The translations under genes and the position numbers were made by a program. This document shows, piece after piece, positions 1 to 7,580 of a stretch of 59,041 nt of DNA. Source of the stretch: Candidatus Paceibacter sp. (lineage in GTDB: Bacteria; Patescibacteriota; Minisyncoccia; Phycocordibacterales; BOKC01). Location of the stretch: NCBI GenBank assembly GCA_020724885.1, contig DYGD01000004.1, positions 2,239 to 61,279 of the forward strand, given 5' to 3'. The notes beneath the pieces were generated by a model that did no database searches, was not told where the DNA came from, and saw nothing but the letters and a program-made list of their open reading frames with translations. Each line of letters starts with the position of its first letter. Position 1 is the first letter of the stretch.

Positions 1-239
1 GGATGGGGAGTTATGGCGATGATTTTGTAAATATCGCCTTCTATTTTGAAATAGAATCGGTAATCTTGATTAACTCGCGCTTGCCAGACACCGACGCTCT
101 CATCATATTTCTTGGCGCGCAGAGATGGGTGGCGAAGGTCTTTTTCTAAAAACTTTATCTTTTGATCAAAAGCTTTACGAATATCGGGATGAACTTTAGC
201 ATAGTCTTTCACTAATTTTGCGCTAAAGTAAATCTTCAT
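1..239 (-). CDS. RelE/ParE-superfamily type II toxin (C-terminal end runs off the window)
   Basis: Own translation from ATG at 237-239: MKIYFSAKLVKDYAKVHPDIRKAFDQKIKFLEKDLRHPSLRAKKYDESVGVWQARVNQDYRFYFKIEGDIYKIIAITPH.. The W-x-x-R-V-x-x-D-Y-R-x-x-Y pattern is typical of the RelE/ParE fold. It starts 1 nt after the stop of the upstream small ORF. Confidence 0.65.
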   Translation of the reverse strand, partial: MKIYFSAKLVKDYAKVHPDIRKAFDQKIKFLEKDLRHPSLRAKKYDESVGVWQARVNQDYRFYFKIEGDIYKIIAITPH

Positions 240-240
240 T

Positions 241-498
241 TTACTTATTACTCCCTGTCTTTCTGACTTGGCGATGTAGATAACGAATTGCTTCTTTGGC
301 GGAGCTGAAAGTCGGAGTTACTCGTCCGGCGCGCAGGTCGCGCAGGCCGGCTTCAATAGCGAGGTCGGTTGCGTTTTTTTGTTTTTTTACCACTTTAGCT
401 GTTTTTTCCACCCGTAAAAGCCGCTCATACTCTTTGCGAGGAATTGCCACCAATTTTTCGCCACCGGAAATTTTTCTTGGAATAGTTATGGTTATCAT
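241..498 (-). CDS. putative type II antitoxin (85 aa)
   Basis: Small ORF immediately upstream of the RelE/ParE-like ORF and abutting it, which is the classic antitoxin-toxin order. The function is inferred from position and size only. Confidence 0.55.
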   Translation of the reverse strand: MITITIPRKISGGEKLVAIPRKEYERLLRVEKTAKVVKKQKNATDLAIEAGLRDLRAGRVTPTFSSAKEAIRYLHRQVRKTGSNK

Positions 499-532
499 AA
501 TAGTTTATCTTACCATAGACAACACATTAAGG

Positions 533-1438
533 TCAATTTCCAAGAAATTTTCTCACCAACTTCTCGGCTTCTTTTTTAGTTTTAATCCAATGAATCCGTT
601 TGTCTCTCTTAAACCACGTCTGCTGGCGTTTGGCGTATTGCCAGATTGCTGTGTTTAATTTTTCAATCATTTCTGATTTGGTTAGCTCGCCTTTGAGGTG
701 TTTGGCTAAGAATTTGTATTCCAACCCCAATTCTTCCATCCTTTTATAGCTCAATCCTTGTTTGCGCAATTTCTTCGCTTCGGTAATCATTCCATTCCTT
801 ATTCGTGCGAATAAGCGCATACGGATTTTCTTTTTTAGCTCTTTATCAGGCAAGTCAAGGCCGATGAATAATGGTTTATAGTTTGTAGGAGATGGTTTAA
901 AATTTAATGCAGGAACTTGTCCCAAGTGTTTTGCAATCTCAATGGCGCGAATGAGCCGGCGAGGATTTTTGGAGTCAATACCTTTTGCACGGTTCGGATC
1001 CAATTTCTTTAGAATTTCAAATAATTCTACAACAGATTTTTTCTCCAGTTTTTTTCTTAGCTCTAAATTTGGCGGGACTTCTGGGAGATCCAAATTATCC
1101 ACGAGCGCTTGAATATAAAATCCGGTTCCGCCGACAACAATTGGCAGTTTTTTCTTTTTATATACGATATATCGTATAGCTTTCTCCGCCAGTTTTTTGT
1201 ATTGGGCGACGGAAAATTTTCTCTTTGGGCTTGCAATATCCAGAAGATGGTGGGGAACACCTTCCATCTCTTTTTTTGTGATTTTTCCGGTCCCTATGTC
1301 TAGCCCCCTATAAACTTGGCGCGAATCGGCCGATATTATTTCTCCGTCAAACTTTTTAGCTAAGAGAACAGCAATCCCGCTTTTTCCTGTTGCAGTCGGT
1401 CCGACGATAACTAGGATTTTTTCGCCGTTGATCTTCAT
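533..1438 (-). CDS. miaA: tRNA dimethylallyltransferase
   Basis: P-loop GPTATGKS followed by SADSRQVYRGLDIGTGK, as in the MiaA family. I prefer the internal start MKINGEK (ATG 1436-1438), which overlaps the upstream stop as ATGA, over the track start at 1498. Confidence 0.9.
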   Translation of the reverse strand: MKINGEKILVIVGPTATGKSGIAVLLAKKFDGEIISADSRQVYRGLDIGTGKITKKEMEGVPHHLLDIASPKRKFSVAQYKKLAEKAIRYIVYKKKKLPIVVGGTGFYIQALVDNLDLPEVPPNLELRKKLEKKSVVELFEILKKLDPNRAKGIDSKNPRRLIRAIEIAKHLGQVPALNFKPSPTNYKPLFIGLDLPDKELKKKIRMRLFARIRNGMITEAKKLRKQGLSYKRMEELGLEYKFLAKHLKGELTKSEMIEKLNTAIWQYAKRQQTWFKRDKRIHWIKTKKEAEKLVRKFLGN

Positions 1439-1860
1439 TCTGTTTGCTCTCTTGGTTCTATCGTCATCACAGCTCGGTGTCCGGGATGGAATCGGCAAAT
1501 CACAGAGATTTTTCCTGAAGCTCTATCGGCCTTAAAGACGGCAGTTTCACCCGGATTGATGATTTCATCAAAATCAAACTCTTCTATTGTGACGGTGTGA
1601 GGTACTGCCCCTTCGTTATAAAATTCTATCGTGTCGCCCTCGCTGAATCTAAGGTTGTTTCTGGGTTGGTTTGGATCATTCTGCCTGAAATACATTTCAC
1701 CGACATAAACTTTCCCGCCATCTTCGCTAGGGTTTGTTTCTTCTGGTCGCGACCCTCTTTCAGGTATGAATCCAAATTGAAAAATTAACAGAGAAAGAGA
1801 CAAGAAGCCCGCTCCTATTATGATGCAGATAAAATGTTTGTTAAAAGGCGACGGAGTCAT
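1435..1860 (-). CDS. membrane-anchored small cupredoxin (type-1 copper-like)
   Basis: N-terminal transmembrane (TM) helix, then a cupredoxin-like domain with candidate ligands H (AVPHTV) and C-x2-H-x2-H-x3-M (CRFHPGHRAVM). Confidence 0.7.
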   Translation of the reverse strand: MTPSPFNKHFICIIIGAGFLSLSLLIFQFGFIPERGSRPEETNPSEDGGKVYVGEMYFRQNDPNQPRNNLRFSEGDTIEFYNEGAVPHTVTIEEFDFDEIINPGETAVFKADRASGKISVICRFHPGHRAVMTIEPREQTE

Positions 1861-3958
1861 AAGGGTTTGGTAGGGTTAGGATTCCGTTCCCACCCCATTG
1901 ATTTTCGCCAAGCGGAATTGAGCCCACGGTTTCTAATGTGTCCAAATCAATCACTCCGACAGCGCGCGCGAATTTATTGGAGAAATAGCCATAATACCCG
2001 CCCCCTTGTTTTTGACCGAAGGCAAGACCGTGAGCCCCACCGGCGCCAGGTAAGGTTTTTACAACTTCTAGATTTTCAAGGGAGATAACACTGATGTCAG
2101 CCGAGCCGGTGTTTGGAACAAAAACATATCTACCGCTCGGATCTGGCATTGCCCAAATCGGCATTTTTCCAACTGGCACATCTTTAACAATTTCCATCTT
2201 TTCCAAATCAATAAATCTGACTTTGTTTTCCAAAAGCAAGCTTATCATGGCATATTTTCCGTCATTGGTAATCTGGGTTGCCAGAGGCAGTCCTGGCGCC
2301 TCAAAAGTGGCAACGACCACTTCTTTTTCCAGATCAATAATATTTAATTCTTCCGCTAGAGTCGCAGCGACACTCATCCATTTTCCCGAAGGGTCTATCC
2401 AGATGCCGTGAGGTCCGAAAGAAGTTGGAATTTCGCCAATTACGTTCAGATCATAATCTGTGATGACTACCTGGGTTTCGTTGTTTATGGTCCAATAAAC
2501 CCTTTCTTTTTGCGGATGAACGAAAACGTGAGCCGGCGCGTTGCCGATTGAAATATTTTTTAAAACCTCTTTGGTTTCAGCATCAATTTTAGATGCGATG
2601 TCGTGGTGCCACTGGGTTTGAAAAATGTATTTATTGTCCGGGGAGTTCCATAAATTGTGCGGGTTATTGAAATCATTGTCTTTTATGACGCGGTTGATTT
2701 TCCAGGTGCCGGCGTCAATTACAGTAACAGTGCCCGGGAATCTCTGTCCCGGGACAATCTCAAACTGGGTGTCCACCCAAATCTCACCAACGCCTGGAAT
2801 TTTAGGCAGGGCTGAAAGTTCAGGATTCAATTTTTCTGTCGGCGGCCAGAGAGAAGAAACTGGAGATTTTTCTCCAACCGCGATTATACCTTTCATGTAT
2901 GGATGGGTTGGGCAGAGGTATTCATAGACACCTTCTTTTGTAAATTTGAAAGAGAAATCATTATTATCTTCCAAGTGCCCAACCGGTCTAAAACCGCTTG
3001 AAAAAATTTCTGGCCCAGAAATCGCTAAAATTGGATGAGTGTGGACGTGTTTTTGATGTTGGTGTTCTCCACTGTGGTCTTCCTCGGGGCCGTGGGCTTG
3101 GGCTTTGCCTAATAGGATGGGAAAATAGCCGGTGTGAGAATGCTGGCTGTGCTCGTTTTCATCTAGACAATGTTTCCAAACAACCGTGTCTCCTTTTTGA
3201 ATTTCAATGACTTCCGGATGGAACCATGGCGGCGCCTCGTCAATACAAATATAGTGGGTTTGGCCGGCAGAGAAGAAAGGTCGCACCGCGACAACCGCAG
3301 CTATCAAAACAAACGACAAGAAAATTCCCAAAACCATTTTTTTCAAAGGTGATTTTTTTTGCGTTGGTGTTTTTGCTGGGTCAAGAATGGGTTGGTCTTT
3401 CGGCTTAAGTTTCCAAGAGAAAACGAAATAACCGCCGGTGATAGCCAGAAGCACGGCTAGTGCATAGATATTCATCCAAACCAGATAGGGAAGCGAGACC
3501 TGCCTTAACATGGCGAAGATGAAAATGCCATACCAAGAGGCGATAGAAATTCCGCCGGTAGAAACCAAGAGAATTAGCTTGTTGCCTAAAAATTCTTTGG
3601 ATAGCGTTTGCCCGGCGTTTTTTGACAGAAAAGGAATTACCGAAAGATGAAATACTAAACCATTTAAGATAACCACTCCGACCATTGTGATTTTTGCTAA
3701 AAATCTGGGAACAGAAAGAAGGGGGACAGAGCCGGTAGTCAGGTATGAATGAATCAGAAAACCGGAGCCGGACACAACCAACAAGGCGACACCGACCCAC
3801 ATCAGTTTGGATAAAGTTTTCAGGAGGTTTAATTCGTCAGAAGTGATTTTGTGGTCCTTTAAACTCCTAAAAAACAAGGCGTCGGAAGCTGTGGCGCCGC
3901 CGATGCCGATAGCGAAGCCTAAAAGGTGGGCGATTCTTAAAAACAGGTATATCTCCAT
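1841..3958 (-). CDS. fusion protein: polytopic membrane domain + His-rich cupredoxin + YVTN-type beta-propeller
   Basis: 705 aa. About 6 TM helices at the N-terminus; a His-rich stretch HSQHSH..HSGEHQHQKHVHTHP; an amicyanin-like copper loop YEYLCPTHPYMKG; C-terminal repeated blades (PHGIWIDPSGKW, NDGKYAMISL, PDPSGRYVFVPN). Confidence 0.8.
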   Translation of the reverse strand: MEIYLFLRIAHLLGFAIGIGGATASDALFFRSLKDHKITSDELNLLKTLSKLMWVGVALLVVSGSGFLIHSYLTTGSVPLLSVPRFLAKITMVGVVILNGLVFHLSVIPFLSKNAGQTLSKEFLGNKLILLVSTGGISIASWYGIFIFAMLRQVSLPYLVWMNIYALAVLLAITGGYFVFSWKLKPKDQPILDPAKTPTQKKSPLKKMVLGIFLSFVLIAAVVAVRPFFSAGQTHYICIDEAPPWFHPEVIEIQKGDTVVWKHCLDENEHSQHSHTGYFPILLGKAQAHGPEEDHSGEHQHQKHVHTHPILAISGPEIFSSGFRPVGHLEDNNDFSFKFTKEGVYEYLCPTHPYMKGIIAVGEKSPVSSLWPPTEKLNPELSALPKIPGVGEIWVDTQFEIVPGQRFPGTVTVIDAGTWKINRVIKDNDFNNPHNLWNSPDNKYIFQTQWHHDIASKIDAETKEVLKNISIGNAPAHVFVHPQKERVYWTINNETQVVITDYDLNVIGEIPTSFGPHGIWIDPSGKWMSVAATLAEELNIIDLEKEVVVATFEAPGLPLATQITNDGKYAMISLLLENKVRFIDLEKMEIVKDVPVGKMPIWAMPDPSGRYVFVPNTGSADISVISLENLEVVKTLPGAGGAHGLAFGQKQGGGYYGYFSNKFARAVGVIDLDTLETVGSIPLGENQWGGNGILTLPNPYDSVAF

Positions 3959-4020
3959 TCTGTTGTGAAGTTTAGGATTATCAAATTTTTAATCTCTTGA
4001 GAAATAATTATACCTTTTCT

Positions 4021-4061
4021 AGCAAAAACAAAAAGCGCCCGTGCCGATTGGCCGGTGCGCT
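4021..4061 (-). terminator. rho-independent terminator after the 4079-4507 gene
   Basis: GC-rich imperfect hairpin AGCGCCCGTGCC/GGCCGGTGCGCT (4034-4061), followed on the minus strand by TTTTTGTTTTT. Confidence 0.55.
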
Positions 4062-4078
4062 TGAGTGAGCGGATCTTG

Positions 4079-4507
4079 TTACCTGCCGAGGGCCTGCGCG
4101 ACGAGCTTGTCCACGTTCTGCAGACTTTCCACCACAAACTCGTTCCATGCTGTGGAGTCGGGCTGGCGATCCTTGAGGAGGGCGAGCAGTAACTCAATCT
4201 GTTCTTGGAGTTTATTGAGGGCGACGTTTGTGTTTCCTTCGGTTCTCTGTGAGGCTACTTGTCTCTGATCAAGGAGCGAATGAATCACCGTGTTGGCCCC
4301 GTTGTGCCATTGTTCACCTCCAGGGAAGTTGAAGAACTCTCTGATCGTAGCGATGATCTGGTCGTGACCTTCCGTAATTCTGGTGCCATAGATGAGCTTA
4401 AGGAGGCGCAGGATTTCATCACTCGGGGGCTTGGGACACCGCTGAATCGCCTTCACGATTGACTCGTGGAAAGGTTGTGGCACTTCTGCTTGTTCTGTCG
4501 TCGGCAT
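4079..4507 (-). CDS. hypothetical protein (142 aa), GC-rich ORFan cassette
   Basis: ATG at 4505-4507 preceded by AAAGGAGCGGCAAC (canonical SD). The track ORF extends to 4825, but that part is tRNA DNA. No motif recognised. Confidence 0.6.
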   Translation of the reverse strand: MPTTEQAEVPQPFHESIVKAIQRCPKPPSDEILRLLKLIYGTRITEGHDQIIATIREFFNFPGGEQWHNGANTVIHSLLDQRQVASQRTEGNTNVALNKLQEQIELLLALLKDRQPDSTAWNEFVVESLQNVDKLVAQALGR

Positions 4508-4565
4508 GTTGCCGCTCCTTTTGTGAGTGCGAATGCGCAAGCCACGATGGCTACGCTCTGTTTTT

Positions 4566-4594
4566 AAACTAGCATATTGATGGGTGATTGTCAA
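4566..4594 (-). promoter_or_regulatory. sigma70-type promoter TTGACA-N17-(TGC)TAGTTT
   Basis: The minus strand reads TTGACAATCACCCATCAATATGCTAGTTT, directly after the tRNA 3' end and 60 nt upstream of the 4507 start. Confidence 0.45.
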
Positions 4595-4831
4595 TGCTGG
4601 AGGGGAGAATCGAACTCCCACGGGTTGCTCCACACGATTTTGCTTGTCCTTTAGTTCCCGTTTTATCGGGATACTTTTAGGAAGTCGTGCGCGCCCCACA
4701 CTCAAATGCCGCGGGTGGGAGTTGAACCCACACGACCTTGCGGCCAATGGATTTTGAGTCCATCGCGTCTGCCAATTCCGCCACCGCGGCATTTGAGTAA
4801 GGGGTAAATCTACCAATTCCGCCACTCCAGC
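4595..4831 (-). tRNA. outer tRNA-Leu-like gene interrupted by two insertions (one insertion is the tRNA-Leu(CAA) gene)
   Basis: Perfect acceptor GCTGGAG/CTCCAGC, D stem GCG/CGC, anticodon stem CACGA/TCGTG, T arm GGGAG-TTCGATT-CTCCC, long variable region. There is a 115-nt insert in the D loop and a 40-nt insert in the anticodon loop. See findings. Confidence 0.45.
4707..4790 (-). tRNA. tRNA-Leu (anticodon CAA)
   Basis: Hand-folded cloverleaf: GCCGCGG TG GCG GAATTGGCAGA CGC G ATGGA CTCAAAA TCCAT TGGCCGCAAGGTCGT GTGGG TTCAACT CCCAC CCGCGGC A. All stems are perfect, it has a class II variable arm, and no CCA is encoded. Confidence 0.93.
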
Positions 4832-4945
4832 AGTAGTCAGATTTTATCAAAAATCCACTTATTTTAAAAGTTTTCTGTTTGTGTTATTCTGTTATAGATT
4901 AAACAGAAATAAAAATTTTTTACTTTTTAATATTTAATATTCATC

Positions 4946-5914
4946 ATGACTTCCGAATTCTACAACAACTCGGTTTTCTGGATAGAAGTGGACAAAATCA
5001 AGCCCAACCCTTTTCAGCCAAGAAGAGAATTTGACGAATCGGCTTTGCGGAGCTTGGCCGAGTCAATCAGGCAATATGGGGTTCTTCAGGCCCTGGTGGT
5101 TTCTAGGAAAGAAATTGAACACCCTAATGGCGGGCTCTCTACCGAATACGAATTGGTTGCCGGCGAGCGACGTCTGCGAGCGGCAAGATTAGCCGGTCTT
5201 TTGCAAGTTCCAGCCCTAATCCGGGCAGCCGAGGATACCGACTTGATGAAACTGGAACTGGCGATAATTGAAAATATACAAAGAGAAGATTTAAGTCCCG
5301 TAGATCGCGCCCGGGCCTTTCATAGGTTGGTTGAAGAATTTAAGTTCAAACAGAGCCAAGTCGCCGAAAAAGTCGGTAAAAGCCGAGAATATGTTGCCAA
5401 TACTTTGAGGATTCTCTCTTTACCAGAGGAAATCCTAGAAGGCCTGAACCAAGGCAAGATTTCAGAGGGGCACACTAGACCACTCATGATGCTCTCTGAA
5501 AGACCGGAAGAGCAAATGACCTTGTTTAAAGAAATCGTTGATCGTCGTTTGACTGTCCGCGACAGCGAAGCTATCGCCCGGCGCATTGCTTCAGAACGAG
5601 CCAGAAAAAAAGATTTGAGCCCGGAGGTAAAAGCACTTGAAAAGGAGCTTAGCGAAAAATTTGGAACGCGTGTTCGTATAGAAAGGAAGCAGAGTGGGGG
5701 GAAGATTCATATAGATTTTTTTTCTGACGAAGATTTGGAAACAATCTTAGGGCTGATGAAGTCCGGCGAGTTGCAGGCCGAATCCGGCGAACTTTTTGTT
5801 AGCAAATCTGAAGACGTTGCCTCTGTGATACCATCGGAAGCTCCGGTTGACGATCGTTCTAAAGACGAGAAAGAAAATGAAGAAATATACTTTATAAAAA
5901 ACTTTTCTATTTAA
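4946..5914 (+). CDS. parB: chromosome partitioning protein ParB/Spo0J
   Basis: ParB box LVAGERRLRAA, HTH region SQVAEKVGKSREYVANTLRIL, 322 aa. Confidence 0.9.
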   Translation: MTSEFYNNSVFWIEVDKIKPNPFQPRREFDESALRSLAESIRQYGVLQALVVSRKEIEHPNGGLSTEYELVAGERRLRAARLAGLLQVPALIRAAEDTDLMKLELAIIENIQREDLSPVDRARAFHRLVEEFKFKQSQVAEKVGKSREYVANTLRILSLPEEILEGLNQGKISEGHTRPLMMLSERPEEQMTLFKEIVDRRLTVRDSEAIARRIASERARKKDLSPEVKALEKELSEKFGTRVRIERKQSGGKIHIDFFSDEDLETILGLMKSGELQAESGELFVSKSEDVASVIPSEAPVDDRSKDEKENEEIYFIKNFSI

Positions 5915-7520
5915 TTTTTCTTTTTTTACCCCTCCATTTTTTGATTTTACTGTTTCCTGACCTGTTGTCTTTTTCTTCAAAAAGGGCGGCTCTGATTTTC
6001 TTTTGGGCCAAAATAGTCACGGTATCCTTTAGCCATTTTGAGCTGGGTTTGCTGCCTTGCCGTGTCAAAATCTCCACAATATCTCCGTTTTTTAGTTTTG
6101 TATCCAGCGCTAAAAATTTTCCGTTTATTTTTGCGCCAAACATTCGATTTCCTATGTCAGAATGTATAGCGTAGGCAAAATCAATTGAGGTTGAGCCGAC
6201 CGGCAAGTCAACAACATCGCCTTTTGGCGTAAATACAAAGATTCTTTCTTTGAAAAAATTAAATTTTAAATCCTCCTCAAAGTTGTTTTGTTTGGAATCA
6301 GCTTGGAATTCGGCGAGTTCTTTGACCCAGTTAGGTATATCTGAATCTTTACTATGCGGACCGTCTTTAGCGCCCGCGATTTTCGGCCCGATATACGGCA
6401 GTAGACCAAAAATCCAAGCCAGTCCCCAGTTATTTTTTTTAAAATCTCCTTTATACGAGAGGTGAGAAGCTATTCCAAACTCTGCTTCTTTGTGCATTTC
6501 TTCTGTTCTGATTTGAATTTCGGCGATACCACCGTCGCCGGTAAAAATCGTTGTGTGGATGCTTCTGTAACCGTTTGATTTTGGATCAGCGATATAATCT
6601 TTTATTCTGCCCGGCAAAGGTCGCCAGAGCTCGTGGATTATCCCTAGAACCTTGTAGCAATCTGAAATTTCTTTAACGATGATTCTTAAAGCAGAGATGT
6701 CATGGATTTTGCCTATGTCCATATCATTCTTTTTTAGTTTTTGGCATAAACTATAAAGGCCTTTGAGACGGAAATCCGCTTTTAAAATTCTGATTCCTTC
6801 CTCGGCCAATTTTCTTTGCAATGTCCGATGGATTTTCTCCAATCTTTTTTGCGAATCCTTGCTTTTGTTTTTGAGCAGCTCTTTGGTTTTTTCGTATTCT
6901 TTTGGGTATACGTACGGGAATGCCAGGTCTTCTAAATCTTTCTTTAATTTTCCAATACCAAGTCGATAGGCAATTGGGGCATAAATTTCCAATGTTTCTT
7001 CGGCTATTCTCTTTTGTTTTTCATTTCGGACGAATTCTAGGGTCTTCATATTGTGCAAGCGATCTGCCAATTTTATTATAATGACTCGTATGTCTTGGGA
7101 CATTGCGACAAAAAGTTTTCGCAGACTTTCACTGTGCCTTTTTATTCCTCGGTATTTAAGTTTGCCCAGCTTGGTTACGCCTTCTACGAGGAAGAGCACT
7201 TCTTTGCCAAATTCTTTTTCTATTTCTTGCTCGCTTGCTCGCGCATCTTCTATGGTGTCATGTAGGAGACCCGCGGCTATGGTTTTGGGTCCCACGCCGA
7301 GACCGGCCAAGATTTTTGCGGTTTCAAATGGGTGAATAAAATAATTTTCCCCAGACATTCTCTTTTGGTTTTCGTGGTAAGTCCTTGAAAAATCAAATGC
7401 TTTTCTGATGATTTCAGTATCTTTTTTTGAATAACCTCTAACTAGAGATAAGATGTCTTCAACTTGGGGCTCTTTTTTGTCTATTTGGTTGCTTTTTGGA
7501 GACATAGAGTTAATTATCAA
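5907..7520 (-). CDS. rel: bifunctional (p)ppGpp synthetase/hydrolase, RelA/SpoT family (no C-terminal ACT region)
   Basis: HD hydrolase motif LLHDTIED, RelA_SpoT synthetase region (YRSIHTTI), TGS domain (IFVFTPKGDVVDLPVGSTSIDFAYAIHSDIG). Confidence 0.9.
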   Translation of the reverse strand: MIINSMSPKSNQIDKKEPQVEDILSLVRGYSKKDTEIIRKAFDFSRTYHENQKRMSGENYFIHPFETAKILAGLGVGPKTIAAGLLHDTIEDARASEQEIEKEFGKEVLFLVEGVTKLGKLKYRGIKRHSESLRKLFVAMSQDIRVIIIKLADRLHNMKTLEFVRNEKQKRIAEETLEIYAPIAYRLGIGKLKKDLEDLAFPYVYPKEYEKTKELLKNKSKDSQKRLEKIHRTLQRKLAEEGIRILKADFRLKGLYSLCQKLKKNDMDIGKIHDISALRIIVKEISDCYKVLGIIHELWRPLPGRIKDYIADPKSNGYRSIHTTIFTGDGGIAEIQIRTEEMHKEAEFGIASHLSYKGDFKKNNWGLAWIFGLLPYIGPKIAGAKDGPHSKDSDIPNWVKELAEFQADSKQNNFEEDLKFNFFKERIFVFTPKGDVVDLPVGSTSIDFAYAIHSDIGNRMFGAKINGKFLALDTKLKNGDIVEILTRQGSKPSSKWLKDTVTILAQKKIRAALFEEKDNRSGNSKIKKWRGKKRKIK

Positions 7521-7580
7521 TTACCACTTTTTGATTACCAACCCGACTGTCAATGAATATTTGTCTCTCCCTTGAGTCAT

